From NCBI GenBank assembly GCA_963662405.2, contig CAXXKT010000002.1, forward strand, positions 6,578 through 70,577: a DNA stretch of 64,000 bases, read 5' to 3'. Below the pieces are notes generated by a model. It was not told the origin of the DNA, made no database searches, and saw nothing but the letters and a program-made list of their open reading frames with translations. The stretch's first letter is position 1; the number at the start of each line of letters is the position of its first letter. Below, one piece after another: positions 54,976 to 64,000 of this stretch. The translations under genes were made by a program, and so were the position numbers. Origin of the DNA: Syntrophales bacterium. GTDB taxonomy: Bacteria > Desulfobacterota > Syntrophia > Syntrophales > UBA2210.

Positions 54976-56781
54976 ATGCAACAAATGAAAGCATTAATGT
55001 CAGGAAATGAGGCAATAGCACGGGGGGCGTGCGAGGATGGTGTTACGTTTGCTTCCGCTTACCCCGGAACACCGAGTACCGAGATCATGGAAGCCTTTGC
55101 AAAATATGACGGTGTCTATGCGGAATGGTCGCCCAACGAAAAGGTGGCCCTCGAGGTGGGGATCGGGGCTGCCCTGGGCGGTGCACGCGCCATGGTGGTG
55201 ATGAAACATGTTGGAGTCAATGTCGCCGCCGACCCTCTGTTCACAGTGAGCTACACCGGTACGGAGGGCGGGCTTGTTATCATCAGCGCGGATGATCCCT
55301 CGATGCACAGCTCACAGAACGAACAGGACAACCGAAATTATGCCCGGGCCGCCAAGATTCCGATGCTCGAACCCGCAGACAGCGCCGAGGCAAAGGAGTT
55401 CATCAAGATCGCCTTCAAGATAAGCGGGGAATTTGATACCCCGGTCTTTCTCAGGACGACTACACGGGTCTCCCATTCTAAATCCATCGTAAACCTGGAA
55501 GACTCCATCCCTGCAGAAGAGACGAGGGGGATACGGCCGAACCCGTCAAAGTATGTGATGGTCCCCGCCAAGGCGCGGGAGCGAAGGGTCGAAGTGGAAA
55601 AAAAGATGGAGCGACTCCGGGCATTTGCCGAGACCTTCCCTGAAAACCGGATGGAGATCAATGATACGAGCGTGGGTGTCATCACTGCCGGGATGCCGTA
55701 CAACTATACAAAAGATGTCTTCCCCGGCTATTCATACCTCAAGTTGGGAATGGTATACCCTCTTCCTGAGGATCTGATACGGGAATTCGCCTCGAAGGTG
55801 GAAAAGATTTACGTCGTCGAGGAACTTGATCCCTTCATCGAGGAGCAGGTGCGGGCGATGGGAATCGAGGTGACCGGGAAAGAAGCCTTTCCCTATACGG
55901 GCGAGTTTGACCCCGGTGTTGTGGAGGCGGGGATTACCGGAAAAGAGGCAGTGACGGTAAATCTTCCCGACCGTTTTCTCCCGCAGCGGCCGCCCAATCT
56001 GTGCCCAGGTTGCCCCCATCGCGGACTGTTCTATGTTCTTGGAAAAATGAAGGTGTTCGTTACCGGCGACATCGGCTGTTATACCCTCTCGTTCATGAAG
56101 CCCCTTGAGGGGCTTGACTCCTGTATCTGTATGGGTGCCAGCGTGGGGATGGCCCACGGGATGGACAAGGCCCTGCCCGAGCCGGGGAAGGTCGTCGGAG
56201 TGATCGGTGATTCCACCTTCATCCATTCGGGGATTACGCCGCTCCTCAACATGGCGTACAATAAAAGTAATGCCGTCATTGTGATATGCGACAACCGAAC
56301 GACCGCCATGACCGGGATGCAGGAACACCCCGGGACCGGCATCACTCTTCAGAGAGAAGCGACGAAGACGCTTGATTTGTTTGAGCTCGGGAAGGTACTT
56401 GGAATCGACAATGTGCGGATACTCAATCCTTTTGATATGAAAGAAACAAGACAAGCGATTAAAGAAGAACTTTCCACAAACGGTCCCTCGCTGGTGATAG
56501 CGCGGGCGCCCTGCGCCCTTCTCGCCATTAAGCAGAAGGTGATGAGGAAGCCATCCCTGCGGGTAGATCCGGACAAGTGTACCGGCTGTAAGGCCTGTCT
56601 CGGTCTGGGTTGTCCACCGATTTCATGGCGTAATTTCGAGGATTTGGAAATGAAGATAGAAAAGAAGACAAAGAAACAGGAAGGAATCGCCCTGATCGAT
56701 TCGGCCACCTGCGACGGATGTACCCTGTGCATGCAACTGTGCAGCGCGGGAGCTATCGAGGAGGTTGCGAACAATGAGTAA
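54976..56781 (+). CDS. iorA: indolepyruvate:ferredoxin oxidoreductase subunit alpha
   Basis: 601 aa. N-terminus MSGNEAIARGACEDGV...AYPGTPSTEI, a TPP-binding region GDIGCYT and a C-terminal 2x[4Fe-4S] region (CTGCKAC...CDGCTLC). Confidence 0.9.
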   Translation: MQQMKALMSGNEAIARGACEDGVTFASAYPGTPSTEIMEAFAKYDGVYAEWSPNEKVALEVGIGAALGGARAMVVMKHVGVNVAADPLFTVSYTGTEGGLVIISADDPSMHSSQNEQDNRNYARAAKIPMLEPADSAEAKEFIKIAFKISGEFDTPVFLRTTTRVSHSKSIVNLEDSIPAEETRGIRPNPSKYVMVPAKARERRVEVEKKMERLRAFAETFPENRMEINDTSVGVITAGMPYNYTKDVFPGYSYLKLGMVYPLPEDLIREFASKVEKIYVVEELDPFIEEQVRAMGIEVTGKEAFPYTGEFDPGVVEAGITGKEAVTVNLPDRFLPQRPPNLCPGCPHRGLFYVLGKMKVFVTGDIGCYTLSFMKPLEGLDSCICMGASVGMAHGMDKALPEPGKVVGVIGDSTFIHSGITPLLNMAYNKSNAVIVICDNRTTAMTGMQEHPGTGITLQREATKTLDLFELGKVLGIDNVRILNPFDMKETRQAIKEELSTNGPSLVIARAPCALLAIKQKVMRKPSLRVDPDKCTGCKACLGLGCPPISWRNFEDLEMKIEKKTKKQEGIALIDSATCDGCTLCMQLCSAGAIEEVANNE

Positions 56782-57355
56782 TACCTCTGTGCAAAGTGTC
56801 TTGATGGTGGGCGTGGGTGGTCAAGGAATCATACGAGCCAGTGATATCCTTTCAGCGGTCCTGATGAAAGCGGGGTTTGACGTCAAAAAGAGCGAAGTCC
56901 ACGGGATGGCCCAGAGGGGAGGGTGTGTGAGCAGCCATATTCGGTTCGGATCGAAGGTATATTCCCCTCTCGCTAAAAAAGGAGACGCCGATCTCCTGGT
57001 TTCTTTTGAAAAACTGGAGACCCTCCGGTATCTCGACTATTTGAAGGCCGACGGGAAGGTCGTCATCAACGACGAAGAAATCTACCCCCCGTCCGTCAAT
57101 CTCGGGGAAGAGCCATATCCCGATGATGTCATCACCTTCATAAAACAGTATTTTAGTGACGTTAAGGTGGTTGATGCCACCGATATGGCGTTTCGTTCAG
57201 GTGATCGCCGGATGGCAAACACGGTTATCCTGGGCGTCCTCTCCTCGCACCTGGATGTAAACGATGGTGTGTGGGAAGGTGTGTTGGAAGAGAGCTTCCC
57301 CGCAAAGATCCTTGAGGGGAACAAGGCAGCCTTCACATTGGGGAGAGGTGTATAA
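56774..57355 (+). CDS. iorB: indolepyruvate:ferredoxin oxidoreductase subunit beta
   Basis: Start at ATG 56774, overlapping the iorA stop. LMVGVGGQGIIRASDIL...SEVHGMAQRGG is a gamma-type 2-oxoacid oxidoreductase domain. Confidence 0.85.
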   Translation: MSNTSVQSVLMVGVGGQGIIRASDILSAVLMKAGFDVKKSEVHGMAQRGGCVSSHIRFGSKVYSPLAKKGDADLLVSFEKLETLRYLDYLKADGKVVINDEEIYPPSVNLGEEPYPDDVITFIKQYFSDVKVVDATDMAFRSGDRRMANTVILGVLSSHLDVNDGVWEGVLEESFPAKILEGNKAAFTLGRGV

Positions 57356-57361
57356 GAAAAG

Positions 57362-58297
57362 ATGCGATTGACCGTTGTCAGGCTTGCAGTTCTCCTTCTG
57401 GTGATTTTTGTAATATATCCCGGCGAGGTGCGAGGAGGAGGAGGAGAAGACCAGGGTGACTGCGAACGGCAGTTTACCTTCGCGGAGAGCCTCTTCAACG
57501 AAGCCGATTATTTTCGGGCGATTGGAGAATACAAGCGATTCATATTTCTCTGCCCAGGCTCAACGCAGCTCTGTGAAAAGGCATATTTCAAGATTGGTCT
57601 GAGTTATTTCAGGGCAAATCAATGGCAGGGGGCACGGGAGGCGTTCGGTACCTTTCTGATCACGTTCCCTGACAGCATACAGAAGCCGGATGCACTCTAT
57701 TTGAAAGGAATGAGCGAGAAGCATCTTTCGCTCCATCACGAGGCCATTGCCACCTTTGCTCGGCTCATAGAGACAGACAGGAACGAATATCAAGCGAAAG
57801 CGATATATCAAAGTGCGCTGATCTTCGTCGATCGTGAAGAATGGAAAAGGGCAGGGGAGATGTTTGCCCGTATCCCCGAGGGGAACAGCCTGTACGATTC
57901 CGCCCGGGTCTTTTCAGCAGGCATTGACCGAATTGACAATCTCCCCTCCAAATCACTCCCTCTCGCCGGAACGCTTGCCGCCGTCCTTCCCGGTGCCGGG
58001 CACCTGTATACAGAGAGACCGAAAGATGCCCTTGTTGCCTTTCTCCTGAACGGTTTTTTCATATGGAGCGCCATCGAGCTATTCAAAGATGACAAATATG
58101 TCACCGGCGGGATCGTGTCGTTCTTCGAATTCGGGTGGTATACCGGCAACATTTACAGTGCCATCGGCAGCGCACACAAATTCAACAAAAGGACAAGAGA
58201 GGATTTTATCAACGGACTGAAAACCCGGGTCACCGTCTCGTATCTCCATGGTTCAGACCGTGCGTATAACGGTCTTATGTTGAGCATGAGTTTTTAA
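57362..58297 (+). CDS. TPR-repeat protein with C-terminal membrane segments
   Basis: 311 aa with a signal/anchor, TPR-like repeats, and hydrophobic segments LAGTLAAVLPGAGHLY... and VAFLLNGFFIWSAIELF. Confidence 0.55.
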   Translation: MRLTVVRLAVLLLVIFVIYPGEVRGGGGEDQGDCERQFTFAESLFNEADYFRAIGEYKRFIFLCPGSTQLCEKAYFKIGLSYFRANQWQGAREAFGTFLITFPDSIQKPDALYLKGMSEKHLSLHHEAIATFARLIETDRNEYQAKAIYQSALIFVDREEWKRAGEMFARIPEGNSLYDSARVFSAGIDRIDNLPSKSLPLAGTLAAVLPGAGHLYTERPKDALVAFLLNGFFIWSAIELFKDDKYVTGGIVSFFEFGWYTGNIYSAIGSAHKFNKRTREDFINGLKTRVTVSYLHGSDRAYNGLMLSMSF

Positions 58298-58304
58298 CCT
58301 TAAA

Positions 58305-58754
58305 ATGTCGAACCATAAAATTTATATTTTACTTGTTCTGGTGTGGATCATCCTACCGGCCACCGCCGGATGGTCGCGTTCAAGTGCTTTTACCCCCTGG
58401 AGATTCAGTGATCGGGCTGCCGATCAGGTCCATGCATCATCCCCGGGAGACAAGAGAGCCCCTTCTTTACCTGCGCGATTGGCACTCTCAGGACTGCGAG
58501 TCTTCTCCGAATGCATATCCAGGGTGGATGGGGATCGCTGTCCCATGTATCCGACCTGTGCCTCCTATAGCCGCCAGGCTTTTAAGAAGCACGGTTTTTT
58601 TATTGGGTTTGCGATGACCGCCGATAGGTTGATACATGAATCAAGCGAGGTAGACTATGCCCCCCGCGTACGAGTGTATGGGCGAATGCGATACTACGAT
58701 CCGGTCAGTTGGAATGATTCTTGGTGGTATCATCCCGAGGGTCTTGACAAATAG
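58305..58754 (+). CDS. YidD-like membrane protein insertion efficiency factor with N-terminal extension
   Basis: 149 aa with RCPMYPTCASYSRQAFKKHG (YidD motif CxxxPxCSxY). Confidence 0.65.
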   Translation: MSNHKIYILLVLVWIILPATAGWSRSSAFTPWRFSDRAADQVHASSPGDKRAPSLPARLALSGLRVFSECISRVDGDRCPMYPTCASYSRQAFKKHGFFIGFAMTADRLIHESSEVDYAPRVRVYGRMRYYDPVSWNDSWWYHPEGLDK

Positions 58755-58780
58755 CAGGGAAGTAATAGATTAGAGGCATT

Positions 58781-59713
58781 ATGGCGGAAGACTATTATCA
58801 GATACTCGGTATCGACAAGAAGGCATCGCAAGACGATATAAAGAAGGCATACCGTAAACTTGCGCTCGAATACCACCCCGATAGAAATCAGGGGAATGCA
58901 TCAGCCGAAGAGCGATTCAAAAAGATCAGCGAGGCATACGCCGTCCTGGGTGATGTGGAGAAACGGAAACAGTACGACAGCTTCGGGTCCCAGGAGGCAT
59001 TCAATCGAAGTTTTTCCCAGGAGGATATATTCAGAGGGTTCGATCTCAACGACATACTGAGAGACCTCGGTGGGTTTGGTAGTGCGGGCAGGATGCGGGG
59101 ACAAAACCGTGGCTATGGAACGGACGATCTTTTTTCACAACTTTTCCGGGGACAACAACAGCAGTATCGACAGCAACCGGTCCCCCGAAAGGGCCAGGAC
59201 CTTGAGTACAACCTCTCCATCAGTATCGAAGATGCCTATTCCGGATCGGAGAAACGAATCACATTCAAGAAGGATGATGGCGGCTTGACCGAAATGACCG
59301 TGAAGGTTCCGAAGGGTATCGATACCGGTAAAAAAATGAGACTTGCCGGAAAAGGACTTCCCGGCTCAGGCGGTGGTCCTCCCGGCGATATGTTCATTAA
59401 CGTCAAGATCGCCCCTCATCAGTTCTTCACACGGGAGGGGGATGACATTTTTATCCACAAGTCTATCACCTTTCCTCAGGCCGCCCTGGGTACCTCCGTC
59501 GACATCCGGATGCCGGATGGTGAAACAAAGCGGATCAAGGTGCCGCCGGGGACGCAGGCAAACACCAAGATCAGAATGAAGGGCTTCGGCTTTCCCAAGT
59601 TCAGGGGGACCGGCAGAGGAGACGGTTATGTGCGTTTTTCTATCGAGGTGCCCAAAAAACTAACCAAAAAGCAATCTCAATTGATTAAAGCCCTTGTTGA
59701 AGAAGGACTCTAA
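58781..59713 (+). CDS. cbpA: J-domain co-chaperone, CbpA-like (no zinc-finger domain)
   Basis: 310 aa. J domain DYYQILGIDKKASQDDIKKAYRKLALEYHPDRN, a G/F-like linker, then DnaJ C-terminal beta domains. Confidence 0.85.
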   Translation: MAEDYYQILGIDKKASQDDIKKAYRKLALEYHPDRNQGNASAEERFKKISEAYAVLGDVEKRKQYDSFGSQEAFNRSFSQEDIFRGFDLNDILRDLGGFGSAGRMRGQNRGYGTDDLFSQLFRGQQQQYRQQPVPRKGQDLEYNLSISIEDAYSGSEKRITFKKDDGGLTEMTVKVPKGIDTGKKMRLAGKGLPGSGGGPPGDMFINVKIAPHQFFTREGDDIFIHKSITFPQAALGTSVDIRMPDGETKRIKVPPGTQANTKIRMKGFGFPKFRGTGRGDGYVRFSIEVPKKLTKKQSQLIKALVEEGL

Positions 59714-59812
59714 TCACTTTTACGTTCCGTATTAACACGACCTCGATGCGGATACAGTATCCCTCCGGGTCTTCTGTTAAGATCGATTATTTTGCAAGGA
59801 AAGAGGACGTGC

Positions 59813-61264
59813 GTGAAAAAGGATGGGATAAACGAACTCGATTGCATATTCAAACCACGCTCCATCGCCGTTATCGGGGCATCCGACACCTTTCGGAAGT
59901 GGGGAACCCTTATGGTGGAGCGACCACTCACAACCGGTTATCACGGTGCTATATATCCCATTAATCCCCACAAGAAACGAATACTGGGGCTTCCCGCCTA
60001 TCCCCGGGTGGGCGATGTTCCCGGTAATATCGATCTCGCCGTTATCACCACACCTTCAGCTACTATTCCGAATATCCTGCGCGAGTGCGCTGAGAAGGGT
60101 ATCAGGGGAGCAGTCATCATTACGGCCGGTTTCGCCGAAGTAGGGGAAGAGGGGAGACACCTCGAAGAGGAGATGGTCGCCGCTGCCCGTGAGGGTGGAA
60201 TCAGGTTTGTGGGTCCGAACGGGATGGGGATATGGAGCGCCGCGGCCCACCTCAGCCTGTGCTTTCACCAGGCTCCCAAATCGGGACCCATGGCGTTCGT
60301 TTCCCAGAGCGGGACCTTCGGTGTCGCCATGGCCCGGGTAGCGAATCAGAAAGGACACGGTCTCAGCAAATTCATCAGTATCGGTAACCAGGCGGACCTC
60401 GAAGCCGCCGATTACCTCGAATATCTGGCCGGTGACGAAGAAACGAAGGTCATCCTACTCTACCTCGAGGGCCTGAAGGATGGGAGGCGTTTCTTTGAGG
60501 TCGCAAAGAGGGTGATACGCGAAAAACCGCTGGTCGTCTATAAGGCAGGACGCTCAAAGGCGGGTGCTCGGGCGACCATGTCACATACCGCGTCGATCGC
60601 CGGATCGGAAAAGGTCTTTGACGGGATGTGCCGACAGGTCGGAATCATCCAGGTTCGGGAGGCCTTTCACCTCTTCGAGGTGGCCGAAGCCCTGGCGCAG
60701 CTTCCCCTGCCTTCGGGAAACCGGGTTGCCATCCTGGGGAGCGGCGGACAGGGGGTCGTGGGGAGCGATGCCTGCTCGGCCTTCGGACTCGAACTCCCCG
60801 AACTGGACCCCGATATGGCCCGAACGATCACGGCACTTCTCCCCGCCCACGCGCCGCCGGCGACAAACCCCATCGATTTCGCCGGAAGCAGACGGACCGC
60901 CATTCAGGAGGCGGAAATTATCGAAAAACTCCTCAAACTGCATTATATCGACGGCGTTATCAGCAACGTACCCGTCAGCCCGCAGATATGGGATCCTTCA
61001 CTGGAGATCATTGATATCAAGGGCGATTCCCTTTCAGAACCCGTCAAGACCGCCGTCGACGGCGCCAGATTGTATGCCTCGCTACCCGAAAAATACGGCA
61101 AACCGATCATCTGTCTCCGGTTCGGCCGCATCGAGAAGGATATCATGGAGGGCATCCTAGGGGAGGGGGGAATACCGGTATACGATACCCCGGAACAGTG
61201 CGCCCGCGCGATGTCGGCCCTCTTTCGATACGGCTCCACCCGTAGAAGAATAAACGGCAGCTAA
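59813..61264 (+). CDS. ADP-forming acyl/acetyl-CoA synthetase alpha-type subunit (CoA-binding + succinyl-CoA-synthetase-like domains)
   Basis: The start is probably GTG 59813, behind AAGGAAAGAGGA. Motifs: SIAVIGASD...KWG, ITAGFAE, and the phosphohistidine loop MSHTASIAG. Confidence 0.75.
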   Translation: MKKDGINELDCIFKPRSIAVIGASDTFRKWGTLMVERPLTTGYHGAIYPINPHKKRILGLPAYPRVGDVPGNIDLAVITTPSATIPNILRECAEKGIRGAVIITAGFAEVGEEGRHLEEEMVAAAREGGIRFVGPNGMGIWSAAAHLSLCFHQAPKSGPMAFVSQSGTFGVAMARVANQKGHGLSKFISIGNQADLEAADYLEYLAGDEETKVILLYLEGLKDGRRFFEVAKRVIREKPLVVYKAGRSKAGARATMSHTASIAGSEKVFDGMCRQVGIIQVREAFHLFEVAEALAQLPLPSGNRVAILGSGGQGVVGSDACSAFGLELPELDPDMARTITALLPAHAPPATNPIDFAGSRRTAIQEAEIIEKLLKLHYIDGVISNVPVSPQIWDPSLEIIDIKGDSLSEPVKTAVDGARLYASLPEKYGKPIICLRFGRIEKDIMEGILGEGGIPVYDTPEQCARAMSALFRYGSTRRRINGS

Positions 61265-61472
61265 TCGTACCGATAGAATCTCTTCGATTTCGAAGACGAA
61301 TTATCATAGCTACCCGTTGAAAGGTCAAATCAGTTTGACCCGATTGCACCTGGAAGATAAAAATGATATTGGGCAACCCTTTCGGAAGCAATGTCAATTT
61401 CTCCGAGTTCAAGTTTTCACGTTCGCGAGGACGTGGCGTTTATACAAACATACAGAGAGGAGTCGTCAAGGT

Positions 61473-62330
61473 ATGTCATTGAAAAAAGTAGGGGTTATTG
61501 GTGCGGGGATGATGGGTGCAGAGATCTCTCTTTGCTTTGCCAATGGGGGATACGATGTGGTGATGAGTGATGCTACCAGGGATTTGGCATTGAATGGTAA
61601 AACCCGGCAAGAAACGATTCTTGATAAGAGCATTAAAAAGGGAAAGATAGATGCTTCTGACAAGGAAGCGATCCTAAGTCGTATTGTTGCAACGGATCAG
61701 ATTGAAGCGATGGATGATGCCGATCTCGTTATCGAGGCGGTGGTAGAGAATTTCGAACTCAAAAAGGGAATTTTTGAAAGGCTTGACGCCGTATGCAAAA
61801 AAGAGTGTGTGATAGCGAGTAACACATCGAGTATTCCCATCACTAAACTGGCGACGACTGTAACAAGAGAAAGGGCCGAAAGGTTTCTCGGCATCCACTT
61901 TTTTTCTCCGGCCTTTATCATGAAGCTGGTCGAGATTATCCCCGGCTATCTCTGTCAGAGAGAGGCGGTCGAATGTGCCAAAGCGGCTGCCCAGTCGATC
62001 GGCAAAACCCCGGTCGAGGTCAAGGATGTCGCCGGGTTTGCCGTTAACAGGTTGCTGAATATCTTCTTCATCGAGGCGATAAAGCTTCTGGAGGAAGGGG
62101 TGGCAACGGTGGAGGATATTGACACGGCATGCAAGCTGGGTCTGGGTCACCCGGTGGGCCCGTTTGAACTGTTGGATCTGACGGGACTTGATCTGAACTT
62201 GAGTGTCCATGAGGTGCTTTTTAACGAGTACGGCGAAAGGTTTCGGCCGCGCCCGCTGCTCAGAAAAATGGTTACCTCTGGCTTGTACGGAAGGAAGTCG
62301 GGAGAGGGCTTCCACAACTATAACAAGTAG
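61473..62330 (+). CDS. hbd: 3-hydroxyacyl-CoA (3-hydroxybutyryl-CoA) dehydrogenase
   Basis: Start moved to ATG 61473 (MSLKKVGVIGAGMMGAEI). Motifs: SNTSS, HFFSPA, GFAVNRL. Confidence 0.9.
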   Translation: MSLKKVGVIGAGMMGAEISLCFANGGYDVVMSDATRDLALNGKTRQETILDKSIKKGKIDASDKEAILSRIVATDQIEAMDDADLVIEAVVENFELKKGIFERLDAVCKKECVIASNTSSIPITKLATTVTRERAERFLGIHFFSPAFIMKLVEIIPGYLCQREAVECAKAAAQSIGKTPVEVKDVAGFAVNRLLNIFFIEAIKLLEEGVATVEDIDTACKLGLGHPVGPFELLDLTGLDLNLSVHEVLFNEYGERFRPRPLLRKMVTSGLYGRKSGEGFHNYNK

Positions 62331-62648
62331 GAAAAACGCTTTCGATCGTGCTTGGTCTTCTGGAATATAACCGGATGAAATTAATCAGATTTACCTGCAG
62401 GGGAGGGCACCACTCTCTCCTGCAGGGGGTAACCCTTTGAAAAGGCGAGCGTACCACCCCCTCATTCTCTGCAAGTTTTGTTTTCCCACGGAAAGACTCG
62501 ATTCATTATACAAATTCAATCGAAATATCGGGGAACTCTTTTCAAATTCACGCTTCAGATCTCTCATGAGTGATGACGTGAGAGGTGGTCCGGTTTCTTT
62601 GGACAGGTAACAGGGATTTATAAGTGGGAAGTTGCCCTGGGTTTGTGT

Positions 62649-63479
62649 TCATGCCGCAGCCTGTCCCTGTGGTAGTGATTCAAAATAAACCATAGCCGGT
62701 GTCTTTCTGTCAAAAGTATTGTGCCACCGTTTCTCGTTGTAGAACTGAAAATAGTCGGTAAGCCCCTTCTTCAACTCTTTCATTGAACCGTATGCCTTCA
62801 GATAGATATCTTCGTACTTGACGCTCTTCCAGAGCCGTTCGATGAAGACATTGTCCATCCATCGCCCCTGACCGTCCATGCTGATAGAGATATCATGAGA
62901 GCGAAGGACATCGATGAATGCCTGTGAGGTAAACTGACTGCCCTGATCGGTATTGAAGATAGCCGGGCGCCCATACGTGGTGAGTGCTTCTTCAAGCGCA
63001 TCCACACAAAACGCACTGTCCAACGTATTCGACAACCGCCAGGAGAGGACCATCCGACTCGCCCAGTCCATAACGGCTACCAGATAACAGAACCCTCGTT
63101 CCATGGGAATATACGTGATATCGGCAGACCATACGTGGTTGGGACGGATGATATCAAGTCCCCGTAACAGATACGGATATATCGGGTGCTGGGGATGCTT
63201 TATCGATAATCTCGGCTTGATGTACAACGCCTCGATCCCCATGCGACGCATCAACCGACGTACCTTATCACGTCCGATATCATACCCTCTCTGCCACAGC
63301 TCATTGCGAATCTTCCGACTCCCATAGAAGGGATACTGAAGATGAATCTCATCAATCTGACGCATCAGCTCCAGATCCTTCGCGCTGACCGGAACCGGAG
63401 AGTAATAAACACTCGATCGGGACAGCTCCAAGAGTTCGCATTGACGGGTTATGGGCACACTCTTTTCTCTCTTGATCAT
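62649..63479 (-). CDS. IS3-family transposase OrfB (DDE integrase core)
   Basis: 276 aa: HVWSADITYIPM (D), AIFNTDQGSQFTS (D), NVFIERLWKSVKYE (E). Confidence 0.9.
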   Translation of the reverse strand: MIKREKSVPITRQCELLELSRSSVYYSPVPVSAKDLELMRQIDEIHLQYPFYGSRKIRNELWQRGYDIGRDKVRRLMRRMGIEALYIKPRLSIKHPQHPIYPYLLRGLDIIRPNHVWSADITYIPMERGFCYLVAVMDWASRMVLSWRLSNTLDSAFCVDALEEALTTYGRPAIFNTDQGSQFTSQAFIDVLRSHDISISMDGQGRWMDNVFIERLWKSVKYEDIYLKAYGSMKELKKGLTDYFQFYNEKRWHNTFDRKTPAMVYFESLPQGQAAA

Positions 63480-63778
63480 CGCTTTGCGCTCGTTCCGTTG
63501 ATGCGACCGAGCGCATGTGATAAAAAATCATTCTCCATCGATAACTGTCCGATCTTGGCGTGAAGTTCTTTTACATCCGGACCCTGGTTGTCCTTATGAC
63601 CCTTGCCAAATACGTCCGATGCGTGATCCATCAACTGCTTCTTCCATGTGGTGATCTGGTTCGGGTGTACCTGATACCGCTCGGCAAGCTCAACGATCGT
63701 CTGGTCCCCTTTCAGTGCCTCCAATGCCACCTTCGCCTTGAAGGACGGTGCATGGTTCCTCCGCGGTCTCTTGCTCAT
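63476..63778 (-). CDS. IS3-family transposase OrfA (HTH)
   Basis: Start moved to MSKRPRRNHAPSFKAKVALEALKGDQTIVELAERYQVHPNQITTWKKQL. A TTTTTTA run (63521-63527, minus strand) upstream of the ATGA overlap could serve as a -1 slippery site. Confidence 0.85.
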   Translation of the reverse strand: MSKRPRRNHAPSFKAKVALEALKGDQTIVELAERYQVHPNQITTWKKQLMDHASDVFGKGHKDNQGPDVKELHAKIGQLSMENDFLSHALGRINGTSAKR

Positions 63779-64000
63779 ATCTCTTTCCTCCTTACGTCCA
63801 CTATAGAGCAACTTTCCCACTTATGCACCTGTCCAAATTTGCCCGACCAGCTCTGTGATCGCCAGGGCGATCGCACGGCAGGTGAAGCAACCCGGGAAGT
63901 GATCCGTAAAATCGGTAAAAAGATACATTTCCCGTTCCATCTCATTGTACCGGACCCGGGTTATGACTCCCAACCTGTCCAGTGAAAGCCCGCGTTCCGG

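Larger units (their letters stand above)
62597..63837 (-). mobile_element. IS3-family insertion sequence, apparently intact
   Basis: Inverted repeats: TTTGGACAGGT...ATAAGTGGGAAGTTGC (62597-62636) versus the reverse complement of GCAACTTTCCCACTTATGCACCTGTCCAAA (63808-63837). orfA and orfB are both open. Confidence 0.8.

Overview
This is a 64-kb bacterial chromosomal window. The gene content (IorAB, a sigma-54 activator, lysine 2,3-aminomutase, an ADP-forming acyl-CoA synthetase) suggests an anaerobe, but the lineage cannot be determined from the sequence alone.

Left block (1-12.5 kb): ybeY, a 7TM-HD gene and phoH on the minus strand. Then, on the plus strand, a hydroxyacid dehydrogenase, ispG, proS, relA/spoT, an amidase, rph and rdgB, ending in tRNA-Pro(UGG) at 12451-12527.

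Integrated elements: the last 48 nt of the tRNA locus recur at 21977-22024, and 30 nt of them recur at 31815-31844. These copies delimit two tandem, visibly more AT-rich integrated elements.
- Element 1 (~9.4 kb) carries a P4-type integrase, AlpA, a replication initiator, a T7 gp4-like primase-helicase, HNH, TerS and TerL, but no capsid genes.
- Element 2 (~9.8 kb) carries a frameshifted integrase, a Rep_trans initiator and an RHH protein. Its cargo region holds a DUF4062-type gene split by an IS1595 element, a tightly coupled operon containing a PIN-domain gene, and a 722-aa TPR protein built from 14 near-identical 120-bp repeats.

Right block (31.9-64 kb), in order:
- a PEP-carboxykinase-like gene, corA and an MscS-family channel;
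- a polyferredoxin, a CXXC miniprotein and a TlpA-like gene;
- a sigma-54-driven operon (small exported protein, lysine 2,3-aminomutase, two ATP-grasp ligases, GNAT, Zn-ribbon) next to its NtrC-type activator;
- BON and AI-2E genes, then a decayed IS3 copy and a low-GC hydrolase;
- recG, hom, an ApgM-like gene, ybgC, a TPR gene and iorAB;
- a yidD-like gene, cbpA, an acyl-CoA synthetase, hbd and an apparently intact IS3 copy.

The best candidates for something undescribed are the IS-disrupted DUF4062/PIN cargo operon of element 2, the capsid-less terminase-bearing element 1, and the sigma-54-controlled beta-lysine/ATP-grasp operon. All functional calls come from reading motifs by eye; no database search was possible.
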